Shown here piece by piece: positions 1 through 10,023 of a DNA stretch of 64,000 nt. The translations under genes were made by a program, and so were the position numbers. How positions within the stretch are numbered: position 1 is the first letter of the stretch; each line of letters starts with the position of its first letter. Under the pieces are notes generated by a model. It did not search any database. It was not told the DNA's origin and worked only from the letters and a program-made list of their open reading frames with translations. Source of the stretch: a virus (lineage: Duplodnaviria > Caudoviricetes). The stretch is from positions 128,001 through 192,000 of IMG/VR virus record IMGVR_UViG_3300029305_003510. One strand, given 5' to 3'.

Positions 1-121
1 TTTAAGAGCTGGAGCTTATTGGTGGTACAGATATTAAGAGAAATCTTGAATCATTCCGTCATCGGTATTTAGATCTTAAACCATGAAGAAAAATATTATA
101 CAATAGGAGGTGCAACAGATA

Positions 122-502
122 ATGGCAAATAAAGTATTATCTACTGTACGAGGAGGACAGCTGACCGAGATCATCATTTCAGTCGATGGTCCGAATGAAG
201 TGAAGATATACAGAGATCTGATGAAGATGGATATGCCAAAGTGTCCTCACTGTGGTAAAGATCTCTATCCCAATCCAGAAGATTGTGGGTTCACTGTAAG
301 CAATCCTCTGGCATCTACGTTTGGTATGGAACTCGGTGTTCCCAAGACCAAGTGTCAGGTTTGTGGTAAAGAAATTATCGATGATACCACACTGGACCTG
401 GACGCATTCCCCAGTATTGTGAATTATCTGAAAGGACTGCGGACTGAGTACCAGCGTAGAGTGAAAGCTGCACAGCAGAAGAATAGGGGGAAGACTCAGT
501 GA
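122..502 (+). CDS. Zn-ribbon protein, hypothetical
   Basis: CPHC and CQVC pairs; AGGAGG at ~105-110 favours the ATG at 122. Confidence 0.7.
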   Translation: MANKVLSTVRGGQLTEIIISVDGPNEVKIYRDLMKMDMPKCPHCGKDLYPNPEDCGFTVSNPLASTFGMELGVPKTKCQVCGKEIIDDTTLDLDAFPSIVNYLKGLRTEYQRRVKAAQQKNRGKTQ

Positions 503-3090
503 GCAAAAAGAACAAGAATTCTGGGGAGTTCTTGTCTCTGAAACCTATCCCTGGTGGACCTTTCGATGCTTATCTGAGAAAGAAGAAAACGGCGACAGAG
601 AAACTTCCCAAAGACTCCAATGTTTATCTATATGACATGGTTGACATCTATGGCAGCGATGAGATTGTCAATATGTCTGAGATTGGTATTGGTGACTATG
701 CCTACGGTAAGGGTATTATTCATGCAATGAATATGAACGTCGGTCGAAATATTCCCTGGATCGAAGATGGTCTGAAATCCGTTGAACGACGTGTACTGTT
801 TATCATGTGGAGAGATAAGCTATGGGGTAAACGAAATACCAAGGTTGCGAGTATCGTTGGTAATATGATCAACCTAGTGTATCCTCACGGCGATCAAGCT
901 CCTGCGGATACGATCTTCCGTCTTGGTAGATCGAAGAGTATGATGCTCCCCTATATCCAGGAACTTAGTAATTATGGTAACATGAAGGATCTTAAACCCG
1001 CCGCATCAAGATATGCAGATGCTAGTCTCTCTGACTATGCATATGATTGCTTCTTTAGTGAGATTGGTCCTAAACGTCCTCTGTACGATGAAAAGGATAC
1101 CTATGCATATGCGGGCAAGGAGCCGATTTACCTGACTAGTAGATATCCGAATATTCTAATGCAGTGGAATCTTGGTATTGGTAAGGGTGCAATGTCCTGG
1201 CTTGGTGCATTCAATAGCACCGATATTTTCAAGACTGCGCTGATTCTGATGGATGATCCTCGAGCAAAAATTGAAATCTATCCTGACACTCCAGTTCCTG
1301 TTGAGATTGTGAACAAGAGTGAATTGAAGAAGTGTTTCGATGAGGTATCTTTCAAGGTCAAGATGCGTGCACCGTATTATACAGAAACCGATCAGCGCAT
1401 GAATGGTACTAAGGTAGAAGATAAGTATACCATCGTATTCACCGCACTTCCTCTGGGCGTCACTGGTAATCAGATCTCTGATGAGATTACAAAGATCAAG
1501 ATGGAAGAAGCAAAGAAGAACAACAAGCGTCTTCCTGAGGTAGTTAACTGTGAGGTAATTGCTGAAGATGACACCCCTGGTGGTGTAAAGGTTATCATTG
1601 AGTATGTACGTGGATATGATCCCCATGTACTTGCTGAGAAACTTTACAAGTCCACATCTTTGGCAAAGACTGTCGGAGTAAAATATAATCTAATTTTTGA
1701 TAATCAGCCTGGTGTAAGAACACCTCGTGAAATCTTACTCCTATGGATTAATCAGAGATATGATCAGAAACGTCGATATTATCATCAGCTGGTATTGACT
1801 GCAGCAAGAGATCGTGCGATCTATGAAGCTCTTGCCACAATCCTTGGATCTAAAGATGCGATGGATAAAGCTATCAATATCATCCGGAACTCTGCGAACG
1901 ATGAAGAGCGTATTGCAAATCTTCGTAAAGCGTTTGACTTCACCGAGCTTCAGGCTAAGGCTATCGGCGATATGCGCCTGAAGAATCTCCAGAAGCTGGA
2001 TGTCAAGGAGACGATTGCAAAACGCGACCAGGCGATTGCTGACTATAAGCATTATCGTAAACTGCTTGGTGACGATGGTGCTATTAAGGAAGCAGTGCGA
2101 AAAGAGCTTGAAGAAGGTATGAAGAAATATGGACGTCCCAGGATGTCCAAGCTAAAGAATCTGAAGGGTGGTACAATCGGTGAACCGAATGAAGTTAAGT
2201 ATATTCTATATAACAACGACTTCTACTATTGCTTTACCGAAGTTGAGCAGTTGAAGACTATTTGGCCCAAGATTGATAACAAGTACAAGATGGTCCAGGT
2301 TAAGAACGGTGATAATGTTCTTGTCTTTGATAGCAATGGTATCCTGAAGATTCTGAACGGTTATGCTTTTAATCCCAATGATACTGGTATCAGTATGGTG
2401 ACGATTGGAGCCAGCGATGTCATTAGTATCATGACTGATACGCCCGGTAAGGGCTATGACAATGTAGTCATGGTAACTGAGCAGGGGTATGGCAAGCAGA
2501 TGGAGTTGACCGAGGTGACAAAGTCTGTGAAGAGTCGTATTATCAACCTGAACACTAGTGACAAGCTCGCCGCAGTTATCCCTGTTAAAGGCGAGTGTCA
2601 TCCTGATTCCATCGTTGGTATGATCTGCGAGGATAAGATGTACTATCTCCGAGTTGAGGATTTTCCTGTCTATAAGAGAACCTCTGCCGGTAATCGTATG
2701 ATTAAGAATGTTGATAACCTGAAGATCGCGCATGCAATCTACTTCGATGCCACAGAGAATGCAGACTATATGCTGATCTATGGTGAATCTGGTTACATGA
2801 AGCTGCTCGATACGACGTTCCTGTCGTTTGCTAAGCGGGGTAATAATACGATCTCTCTGCAGGGTAAACGAATCGTCGGCGCAACGCTGCTTCATACTGC
2901 CGAAGACTATGTGGATCTCTACTTTGGTGCTGAGCCGTGTAGGATGGAGATTCGCGTACAGATCGGTAAGATGGTCAAGTTCAGCAATGTGACCACTGGT
3001 GAGGAGCAGAAGTTCAAGATGTCTACTTCTATCGGTACGCCTGTGAAGGTGCTGAAGCTGAATAAGTATGACTGGTATATGATCCAGTAA
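499..3090 (+). CDS. Type IIA DNA topoisomerase subunit A (GyrA/ParC-like)
   Basis: DGLKSVERRVL, YPHGD, catalytic AASRY, FTELQAKAIGDMRL, C-terminal beta-pinwheel-like repeats; no clear GyrA box. Confidence 0.93.
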   Translation: MSKKNKNSGEFLSLKPIPGGPFDAYLRKKKTATEKLPKDSNVYLYDMVDIYGSDEIVNMSEIGIGDYAYGKGIIHAMNMNVGRNIPWIEDGLKSVERRVLFIMWRDKLWGKRNTKVASIVGNMINLVYPHGDQAPADTIFRLGRSKSMMLPYIQELSNYGNMKDLKPAASRYADASLSDYAYDCFFSEIGPKRPLYDEKDTYAYAGKEPIYLTSRYPNILMQWNLGIGKGAMSWLGAFNSTDIFKTALILMDDPRAKIEIYPDTPVPVEIVNKSELKKCFDEVSFKVKMRAPYYTETDQRMNGTKVEDKYTIVFTALPLGVTGNQISDEITKIKMEEAKKNNKRLPEVVNCEVIAEDDTPGGVKVIIEYVRGYDPHVLAEKLYKSTSLAKTVGVKYNLIFDNQPGVRTPREILLLWINQRYDQKRRYYHQLVLTAARDRAIYEALATILGSKDAMDKAINIIRNSANDEERIANLRKAFDFTELQAKAIGDMRLKNLQKLDVKETIAKRDQAIADYKHYRKLLGDDGAIKEAVRKELEEGMKKYGRPRMSKLKNLKGGTIGEPNEVKYILYNNDFYYCFTEVEQLKTIWPKIDNKYKMVQVKNGDNVLVFDSNGILKILNGYAFNPNDTGISMVTIGASDVISIMTDTPGKGYDNVVMVTEQGYGKQMELTEVTKSVKSRIINLNTSDKLAAVIPVKGECHPDSIVGMICEDKMYYLRVEDFPVYKRTSAGNRMIKNVDNLKIAHAIYFDATENADYMLIYGESGYMKLLDTTFLSFAKRGNNTISLQGKRIVGATLLHTAEDYVDLYFGAEPCRMEIRVQIGKMVKFSNVTTGEEQKFKMSTSIGTPVKVLKLNKYDWYMIQ

Positions 3091-3100
3091 AACAAATAAG

Positions 3101-3140
3101 GTGGACCGGGGTTTTGTATGACTCCGGTCCACTTTCTATT
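3101..3140 (+). terminator. Intrinsic terminator
   Basis: GTGGACCGGGGT...ACTCCGGTCCAC stem followed by a T-rich tail. Confidence 0.75.
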
Positions 3141-3156
3141 TTAATAGGAGGATTAT

Positions 3157-3783
3157 ATGAATCTGCAAGAATTACACAAGATGTCTATGGATGCCTATAA
3201 CACCAAGGCTGTTGAGTTCATGGAAAATGCCAAGAAGACTCTGTTCGATGATAAGAAGGGCGTTGGTTCTGTCTCGGATGGATATCATACCTTCGATGAA
3301 CTTTACAATCATAGAGCAACTGAGTTCGCTGTTATCTGCAGAGCTTATCCATACCTGGCATGGAAGTCGTTGCAGCATGATGACCCTGAGTTTCCGATGT
3401 ATGATGGGATGTTCATTGTTGGTATCAAAACGCCGATGGGTCAGGCTACCTATCACTATGACATTGATCCCTGGTGGGATGTATTCTCTGGGATAGAAAT
3501 ATTGGAACAAGCTCCTGAATATGATGGATATACGCCGAATGATGTCATTGAACGGCTGAAGAGTCTGTCCGATAGTAATGGTTGGTTGCCGGTAGGAGAT
3601 ATGTCTGATATCCCTTATTTTCAGGGAATTCTAGTATATTGCCCGGAAAGAAATAATAAGTATATGGTATATCGGAATGCTCGAGATGAGTGGCGTATCT
3701 GGGATGAAAGCGCGGGTGGTCATAGTGCTCTCACCGAACAGATAACGCATTGGAAGCCTCTTGGTTTATCTCCCGGAAAGTAA
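3157..3783 (+). CDS. Phage protein with SDGYHTFDELY..WKS..H..MFIVGI.TP.G domain and DUF551-like C-terminus
   Basis: Recognisable phage motif set; C-terminal ITHWKPL; AGGAGG RBS. Confidence 0.7.
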   Translation: MNLQELHKMSMDAYNTKAVEFMENAKKTLFDDKKGVGSVSDGYHTFDELYNHRATEFAVICRAYPYLAWKSLQHDDPEFPMYDGMFIVGIKTPMGQATYHYDIDPWWDVFSGIEILEQAPEYDGYTPNDVIERLKSLSDSNGWLPVGDMSDIPYFQGILVYCPERNNKYMVYRNARDEWRIWDESAGGHSALTEQITHWKPLGLSPGK

Positions 3784-3828
3784 GTATATACTATATCAGT
3801 GAATCTAAAGAAAGGAGGTACCATAATA

Positions 3829-4182
3829 ATGGGTACGTCTCGTATGTTACCATCGGAAATCAATCAGCTTGCTGATAGTTTCCGAGATATGGTAAGTCGA
3901 CTTGGCGCAACACCAAACCATATGAAAGCGATTGAATTCGCATATCTTTGTCTCATGCATAGAGACCGCGCTTGGAAGTCCAAGCGTACTGAAGAAACAT
4001 CCATACCCGTCGGGATGTTCGAAGTTGGAATCAATACTCCCGGCGGTACAGTCGTAAACCAGTTTCAAGTGGAGCTTTACTGGGACCTCTTTATGGTCAC
4101 TGAAATCGAACAAGCTCCAATTCACGATCAACCTACGTCGAGTCAGATCAGTGAACGGCTCGATACATTATTAGGAGTATAA
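3829..4182 (+). CDS. Diverged paralog of the upstream ORF's N-terminal domain
   Basis: Shares AWKS, GMF.VGI.TP.G, WD.F, EI.EQAP, ERL; own early-type promoter at ~3785. Confidence 0.7.
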   Translation: MGTSRMLPSEINQLADSFRDMVSRLGATPNHMKAIEFAYLCLMHRDRAWKSKRTEETSIPVGMFEVGINTPGGTVVNQFQVELYWDLFMVTEIEQAPIHDQPTSSQISERLDTLLGV

Positions 4183-4186
4183 GACT

Positions 4187-4444
4187 ATGGACAACAAAAG
4201 TTTCACCGATTTACATGATTCGGATAATTGGACAATTTCAATCCTGGTCCGAGATATCAATGGTAAACGCAGATCTATTGTATATGCATCTCGCGAAGAT
4301 CTTCTGCGTGATGCTGCCGATATGATCACTGAAGAAGATGAGCTCCTCATGGTTATGTGGGGTGAAATCATGCTTTACAATGCCTTAGTAACCGACCCAG
4401 AAATGGCCATTATGATTGACGATCTGATCGGTTTCTTTGGATAA
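4187..4444 (+). CDS. Hypothetical protein
   Basis: 85-aa ORF with AGGAG RBS, in operon. Confidence 0.65.
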   Translation: MDNKSFTDLHDSDNWTISILVRDINGKRRSIVYASREDLLRDAADMITEEDELLMVMWGEIMLYNALVTDPEMAIMIDDLIGFFG

Positions 4445-4466
4445 TAATGACAGGAGGATATGTACA

Positions 4467-5672
4467 ATGAGCGCTAACTACACCAAATGCCATGTGATTG
4501 CCGGTTTCCCCGGCATCGGCAAGACCACAGTCGCAAAGAAGTTTGAGGAGTCTAAGAACTCGAACTTCATATTCCTGGACTTCGATAGTGCAGTCTTTAA
4601 GCATAACGTAAATTATGCTGATCTAAAGGAGTTCAATATCAACACCGGCAAGTTTGAAACTGTTAGCTCTGAACACTATGCTTATGTGAAGGCAATCAAG
4701 GACATCATGGATGGCTATGAGCGTGGTGCAAAAGATAATGATAAAGCTCCTAAGCTGTTCATTATGTGCAGTACCCATACTGAAGTGCGGAGACTCCTGG
4801 ATAAGTTCGAAATTCCGCATACAATTGTAATCCCTGGCGGCTCCATAACTGCATATAGAACTTATGTCAACCGTCTTACTGCTCGTTATGAGGCTTCTTT
4901 GGAGACTGATGATGTTGCACTTCAGGAAGCAAATAAGAGAGCACTGGATGCAGTTGAGAAGAACTACTACAAGTTCATTGCTGAGATCAAGGATAATCCG
5001 ATCAGCAAGTATGCTCAGTTGGTTGTACTTGCTGACAATGAGACTCTGAGTGATTATGTTCACTCTACCGTTACCGGCAGTGTTCTCAGCTGCATGTTCA
5101 ATGCCGTTGGTATCCCGCATGTAACCAACCATGATGTTCAGAAGGCGCTTCTGGAACGTGATGATGCTCTTCACACTACCATGGGCCAGCATGGCGAGGT
5201 TATCTTCTGGAGCGATCCTGTTCCTGGTGATATCATAGACATGCCTGAAGTCAACGCAATCGTTTATAGCCTTAATAAAATCCTCGGTAAGCAGTCTGTC
5301 AACAGCGCCTTTGCCGGTTGTCCCTATGTCATGATCAGCAAGGAGACAGCCCAAGGTGTTATTGACTGCTGCAATTTGGCTATCTCTAAGCTCGAGTCTG
5401 GTGCTCGTGAGGACAACGATGTTGAGGTCTTTGGTGATCTCGCTCTACATTACGAGAGACTGATCGATGCTGTCGATGGCTTTAGCTATCTCCACTGGCA
5501 CGCAAAGCGCCAGAAAGAGGAAGCGGCCAAGAAAAATAAAGAGGATAAGGCGAATCTCAAGATAGTCGGTAAAGATGGTTCTCTCGGTATCGTCAACAAA
5601 AAATCATCTATCGATCCGTCTACCATCTATACAGCGAAGGATACCAATGAGTACAAAAGTGAACAATCCTAA
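4467..5672 (+). CDS. P-loop NTPase/kinase-like N-terminal domain protein
   Basis: VIAGFPGIGKTT Walker A; AGGAGG RBS. Confidence 0.7.
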   Translation: MSANYTKCHVIAGFPGIGKTTVAKKFEESKNSNFIFLDFDSAVFKHNVNYADLKEFNINTGKFETVSSEHYAYVKAIKDIMDGYERGAKDNDKAPKLFIMCSTHTEVRRLLDKFEIPHTIVIPGGSITAYRTYVNRLTARYEASLETDDVALQEANKRALDAVEKNYYKFIAEIKDNPISKYAQLVVLADNETLSDYVHSTVTGSVLSCMFNAVGIPHVTNHDVQKALLERDDALHTTMGQHGEVIFWSDPVPGDIIDMPEVNAIVYSLNKILGKQSVNSAFAGCPYVMISKETAQGVIDCCNLAISKLESGAREDNDVEVFGDLALHYERLIDAVDGFSYLHWHAKRQKEEAAKKNKEDKANLKIVGKDGSLGIVNKKSSIDPSTIYTAKDTNEYKSEQS

Positions 5673-6144
5673 GATTTGCACATCATATTTCTACCAAGTT
5701 CGATTCTTTACACCAAATATGCTTCCGATGAGTACGGCTATGTGGGATCCGAAATGGTATCATGATGGTAAAGATCAACTCCATGTCTTTAGGGATAAAC
5801 GTGGTATTATCAATGGTGTTCGTATGCCAGCTTTTGTTCCTGGAGATGAATGTCACAGGCTATGTTCTGGTCCTGATGGATGTAATGAGAAGAATGGTAA
5901 TGAACCGTGTCGATTCCTTAAAGCTTATCGGGATCAGTTGGATAGTCTTGACTTCAAGAAAGTCATGAAACATCTGAAACAGCATGCAGCACCTGTAATC
6001 AAAGCTGATCCACAGATCATTGTATTGCTGTTTCATGAAAAACCAGATAATCCTTGCAGTGAACGTGGTATAGTACAGGAGTGGTTCAAAGATCATGGGG
6101 TTAAAGTTGAAGAGCTGAAATACCCTATAAAAGACCACTACTAA
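5647..6144 (+). CDS. DUF488-like phage protein
   Basis: TSYF...PKWY...LLFHEKP...CSER..V.EWF pattern. Confidence 0.55.
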   Translation: MSTKVNNPKICTSYFYQVRFFTPNMLPMSTAMWDPKWYHDGKDQLHVFRDKRGIINGVRMPAFVPGDECHRLCSGPDGCNEKNGNEPCRFLKAYRDQLDSLDFKKVMKHLKQHAAPVIKADPQIIVLLFHEKPDNPCSERGIVQEWFKDHGVKVEELKYPIKDHY

Positions 6145-6145
6145 A

Positions 6146-6182
6146 ATTTCCGATTTGAGAGAACTTCTAAGTATATACTATA
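6146..6182 (+). promoter_or_regulatory. Bipartite early-type promoter ATTTCCGATTT-N15-TATATACTATA
   Basis: Same box and exact 15-nt spacer at 28411, 36693, 44638, 48604 (variant at 34017). Confidence 0.8.
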
Positions 6183-6239
6183 ATTGTGAAGTGAAGATAT
6201 CAATCGCTTCAAATTATAGATAGAAAGGAGTTCTTAACG

Positions 6240-6428
6240 GTGTCGAGAGAACTCAAGAAACTGCAGAAAAAATCTATGCGGAAGATCGAGGAAGCAAAGC
6301 AGATCTGCAAAGCTAACAATGAAACCGTAGGTATCTGTGTCGATGAAATCGTCAAATCACAGGAAGCGTTCGATAAGTGGTTCTTCGAGAATGCGTTCAA
6401 CCCGGACGCGCCTTCTCTCATACTGTGA
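6240..6428 (+). CDS. Small hypothetical early protein
   Basis: AAGGAG RBS, GTG start, follows bipartite promoter. Confidence 0.6.
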   Translation: MSRELKKLQKKSMRKIEEAKQICKANNETVGICVDEIVKSQEAFDKWFFENAFNPDAPSLIL

Positions 6429-6516
6429 GGTATAATTATGGATCACGAAATCGTATGTATTCCTGAAGATTCTGATGATAATTCGTCTGAGGATGAGTAG
6501 TAGCCATCCACTATAA

Positions 6517-6560
6517 AAGGGGCTGCCAGGGAACTTTCCTTGGCAGTTCTTTTTCTATTT
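6517..6560 (+). terminator. Intrinsic terminator
   Basis: GGGGCTGCCAGGG...CCTTGGCAGTTCT stem plus T tract. Confidence 0.75.
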
Positions 6561-6561
6561 T

Positions 6562-6573
6562 GACATCACTATA
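6562..6573 (+). promoter_or_regulatory. Late-type promoter RACA-N6-TA
   Basis: GACA-TCACTA-TA; motif recurs upstream of structural genes. Confidence 0.7.
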
Positions 6574-6602
6574 ATTATTATGTAACAGGTGGTGATGTAA
6601 CA

Positions 6603-7754
6603 ATGCTCAAAGATAAATTCGGTCCTATCATCACCAAGAATCTCACCCCTACTGCGATAAAAACGCTGGAGAAAAAGATTATTGAGTATGTGGACCGGAA
6701 TTCGGAAGTATTGATGACTCTTGATTTGAGTCGCAGATATTCTTTCGGTGATACTGATCGCCAGGTTCTCTATGATGGATTGGGAGTTTCTTTACCGGAG
6801 TTAGAAGAAGAGATCAAGAATAGTAAATCTATATATTCTGGTAATAAAGTTCAATCTAACCCGTTCTATCTCGCGTCAATTTTGGCTGCTTCTTTTTTCC
6901 TTTCTAAGAAGGATAGTAAGATGGCATCTATGATTATTACGTATATGTCTTTAATGATGTGGACGTCTCTTCATAAGGGTTTCTTTAAATATGAAGCTAA
7001 TAAACAGGTCATGGACTATACGATTGCTCATCTGAATAATACATTCAGTATTCGTCAGTTTCCTTCATTATTTGCTTTTATTCAGGATAATACAGACACG
7101 GTGCTGGATACTTATAAGAGCAGGATTGTAAAATGTGAAGATTCTGATATGACTTGGGTCATAGATGCTCTTTGGACTCGGTTAAAAGGCAAGATGAAAA
7201 AGATTTCTGCCGAGTTCTATAAAAATCATACTTCTGGTAAATACCTTAATTCGGATGAAGACAGTGTCGATGCAGATAATTTTCACGAGATCGATAATAT
7301 CTCATTTGCAATCGATCGTCTGACGAACAAAGTGTATATTAAGCTGCTCAATCGGCAATATGATAAACGGTTTCTGAAGTATAGTATCAATTCAGCTGAT
7401 ACATCTTATCAGAAGCTGCTCAATCTGGTCGAAGATATTATCGATTCAGATGGAGACTCCAAGACATTAAGACCCCTAATCAGTGCGATGATTGAGTTCT
7501 ATGTCCAGCAGTCTGGTAAACCGATTGAGTACGTTGCTAAAGGCGACTTTATCGCCTTTATGAAAACTGCATACTCTTCCAACACCGATGCTGTCCAGAT
7601 GGACACAATCAAGAGGACGATTGATACATGGCTTTCCGAGAATATGATGAAGTATGGAAAAGCGAAATACGGTAAGACTCTACAGATTCAATACCGTAGA
7701 TGCTTGTACATGTTCTTCGTATTTATGATCAACCATGAAGCAAAAGTCCAATAG
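6603..7754 (+). CDS. Hypothetical helical protein, late-type promoter
   Basis: 383-aa ORF with RBS; no motif recognised. Confidence 0.8.
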   Translation: MLKDKFGPIITKNLTPTAIKTLEKKIIEYVDRNSEVLMTLDLSRRYSFGDTDRQVLYDGLGVSLPELEEEIKNSKSIYSGNKVQSNPFYLASILAASFFLSKKDSKMASMIITYMSLMMWTSLHKGFFKYEANKQVMDYTIAHLNNTFSIRQFPSLFAFIQDNTDTVLDTYKSRIVKCEDSDMTWVIDALWTRLKGKMKKISAEFYKNHTSGKYLNSDEDSVDADNFHEIDNISFAIDRLTNKVYIKLLNRQYDKRFLKYSINSADTSYQKLLNLVEDIIDSDGDSKTLRPLISAMIEFYVQQSGKPIEYVAKGDFIAFMKTAYSSNTDAVQMDTIKRTIDTWLSENMMKYGKAKYGKTLQIQYRRCLYMFFVFMINHEAKVQ

Positions 7755-7812
7755 TGATGCTGCTAGAGTATGGATCCTATAAATTTAAATGGTAAAGAAA
7801 GGAGCATTCACT

Positions 7813-8103
7813 ATGTTCAAGACGCACAAGAGTAAGATTCTGACCAATGAAGAAAATGAGGTTATGTGGCACCTGAGTGAAGCTCAGAAGATCTTCGCAC
7901 AATGCTGTGCCGATGAACCTCAGGATCCGGCTGATACATACAATTTTGGTCACTATCTCGATGCAGCAAGAAACGCTGTTATCATGCGGGGTGCTAGGAG
8001 GCTTGACCCGGAGCATCTGATTCCTGTTAAGGAGCCTCTTGTTTCGCATGCTGCTAAGATTCTAGGCGTTTCTTCTGGAGGTACATATAAGGAGGATAAA
8101 TAA
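7813..8103 (+). CDS. Hypothetical protein
   Basis: AAGGAG RBS; TAATG overlap with the next gene. Confidence 0.65.
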   Translation: MFKTHKSKILTNEENEVMWHLSEAQKIFAQCCADEPQDPADTYNFGHYLDAARNAVIMRGARRLDPEHLIPVKEPLVSHAAKILGVSSGGTYKEDK

Positions 8104-8852
8104 TGACGCCTCTTCGTAAGGAACTTGAAGGAAAAATCTATGAGTTAATGGATGATATGGACCCTTCCGGTAAAAATACCGAGCGCATGCGTGGTTATTT
8201 CAATACCATGGATGATATCAGTTTCTATAAGTTCATGGATGAATTCTTTGATAACCCTGATAAGAATTTCCCTGTTGCATATGAACCATATAATCATCCA
8301 GTAACATTGGATTTCGTTCATAAGGTTGCTAAGAAAAGAGGCGTTCCTATTTATGAACGCGTATTCCGTCCTTATGTTACTGGTGATGTAGACAATCCTC
8401 CCGGTACTGTACATCCAATCATGGTTTTGGATGTTCCGGTAAAGCGCTTGAAGCAGATGGCTTTCAGTAAAAACCATACTTCTACCGCTGCTGCTAAACG
8501 AGATCCAAGAACTGGACAGGTTTCTGGCGAAGATAGAACCGCTCGTATTACCGACGTCGAGGCTTTCTCTCTGCTGGTTCAGGGACAGTATAATTCTGCA
8601 CAAGAGTTTTATGGTCCTATGGCTGATGATACAGAGGCGCATTATGAAATGTTGAGAGCTATTCAACGAGATGGTGAAGTAGAGCTTCGAGATCTTCCCA
8701 ATGATCCTGCAAATAAGGTGACATTGAATACGATCAATGCTTTCATGATCGGTTCTGGTCTGATGTCCAATTTGGTTGATGAAACCGGATATGTTCTTCC
8801 GATTACCGCAAAGGGTCGTGAAGATAGATCTTCTACAATTAAACGTGATTAA
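8103..8852 (+). CDS. RNA polymerase beta subunit C-terminal fragment (probable virion RNAP)
   Basis: RLKQM..K.H.S....RD..TGQVSG..RTARITDVEAFSL parallels the RpoB KL.HM..K.H.R...T.QP..G....G.RFGEME region. Confidence 0.75.
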   Translation: MTPLRKELEGKIYELMDDMDPSGKNTERMRGYFNTMDDISFYKFMDEFFDNPDKNFPVAYEPYNHPVTLDFVHKVAKKRGVPIYERVFRPYVTGDVDNPPGTVHPIMVLDVPVKRLKQMAFSKNHTSTAAAKRDPRTGQVSGEDRTARITDVEAFSLLVQGQYNSAQEFYGPMADDTEAHYEMLRAIQRDGEVELRDLPNDPANKVTLNTINAFMIGSGLMSNLVDETGYVLPITAKGREDRSSTIKRD

Positions 8853-8865
8853 GGAGGATATAATC

Positions 8866-9018
8866 ATGTGTGACACCAAAGAAAATAAAACTCCTGAACA
8901 GCTTAGAGCTGAAATGATTCAGAAGATGCAGGAGCAGGGCGCAACTCCTCAGCATCTGTGTGAAGTGGCTACGCCCGGTGTTATCAGAAATGTCAAATCT
9001 GAAGACATCGATCACTAA
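8866..9018 (+). CDS. Small hypothetical protein
   Basis: AAGGAGG RBS; followed by hairpin at 9026-9057. Confidence 0.55.
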   Translation: MCDTKENKTPEQLRAEMIQKMQEQGATPQHLCEVATPGVIRNVKSEDIDH

Positions 9019-9146
9019 ATTAATCATTAGGCCCTGGTAACCATTCCAGGGCCTAATTATTTCCGATAGCGTCCTGAGAGTGAGGTGAGAGCGGGTATAT
9101 ATTATACTTGTGAAATAAAAACTCAACTCAAGGAGGATTTTTACAA

Positions 9147-10001
9147 ATGACAACGAAACGATATAGGGTAGGATTAGACATCCGGACATATACACGGAAA
9201 TTAATCAAATCATGTCTGGTATGCATTATCTCAACCGCAACAATTATGCTGATTGGTTTTGGGCTTTTATATGGCCCGTCAATTAGTGCGATGAAGGATA
9301 GTCATGCTGATGAGATTATCCGATTAACAGAAGAGCATCAGCAGGAAATTGATCAGTTAAATATTACCTATAATAAAGAGCTCGATGAACAAAAAGCCGC
9401 TCTTGATAAAAGGTATATAGATGATACAGCTATGTTGACTGCTGAGATTGATACATTAAGTACAAATCTAGCATCAACGCAGATGTCTCTTGATCGAATA
9501 AAAGCCAATTCTGAAGAAGATTTCAACTTATTGAGAAAATACTGGTATGTGTTTGAGCGTACTGGTGATAATTCTGGTTTGACTACAGATGTTATCCGAC
9601 ATGTAGATCAAACCTGTAAAGAATGGGATGTAAACCCACATTGGATGTGGGCTATTTATTGGGAAGAGTCTAATTTCCGTGCAGCCATTGATAATACTGC
9701 TGGTTCTGGTGCACGAGGATTAGGCCAAGTGATGCCCTCTACGGGCAAATCTTTCTGGGAAAATATTTTGGGTCACGGTGCAGGTAGTTTCACGACCGAC
9801 ATGTTGTACGATCCCTACGTCAACGTGGATATCACTGTGGCGATCATTGGACGGCACCTTTCGAACGGCTGGACAATGTATCAGGCAATTAATCAGTATT
9901 CCGGTGGCGGTGGTAACGGATACTTCAATGAAGTATTGGCCACCGGAAAGACTCATGGTGTTACGTTGGATGACTCCAACTGGCATTATCCAAAAGAGTA
10001 A
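9147..10001 (+). CDS. Membrane-anchored lytic transglycosylase (SLT domain)
   Basis: N-terminal hydrophobic helix, coiled coil, EESNF catalytic Glu, ARGLGQVMPST, AINQYSGG. Confidence 0.85.
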   Translation: MTTKRYRVGLDIRTYTRKLIKSCLVCIISTATIMLIGFGLLYGPSISAMKDSHADEIIRLTEEHQQEIDQLNITYNKELDEQKAALDKRYIDDTAMLTAEIDTLSTNLASTQMSLDRIKANSEEDFNLLRKYWYVFERTGDNSGLTTDVIRHVDQTCKEWDVNPHWMWAIYWEESNFRAAIDNTAGSGARGLGQVMPSTGKSFWENILGHGAGSFTTDMLYDPYVNVDITVAIIGRHLSNGWTMYQAINQYSGGGGNGYFNEVLATGKTHGVTLDDSNWHYPKE

Positions 10002-10023
10002 ATAAAGAAAAGGAGAAAAGAAG

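Noticed and set aside
499-3090. Naming the topoisomerase gyrA
   Set aside because: No clear QxRGGxG GyrA box; gyrase versus topo IV-like cannot be decided from the sequence.
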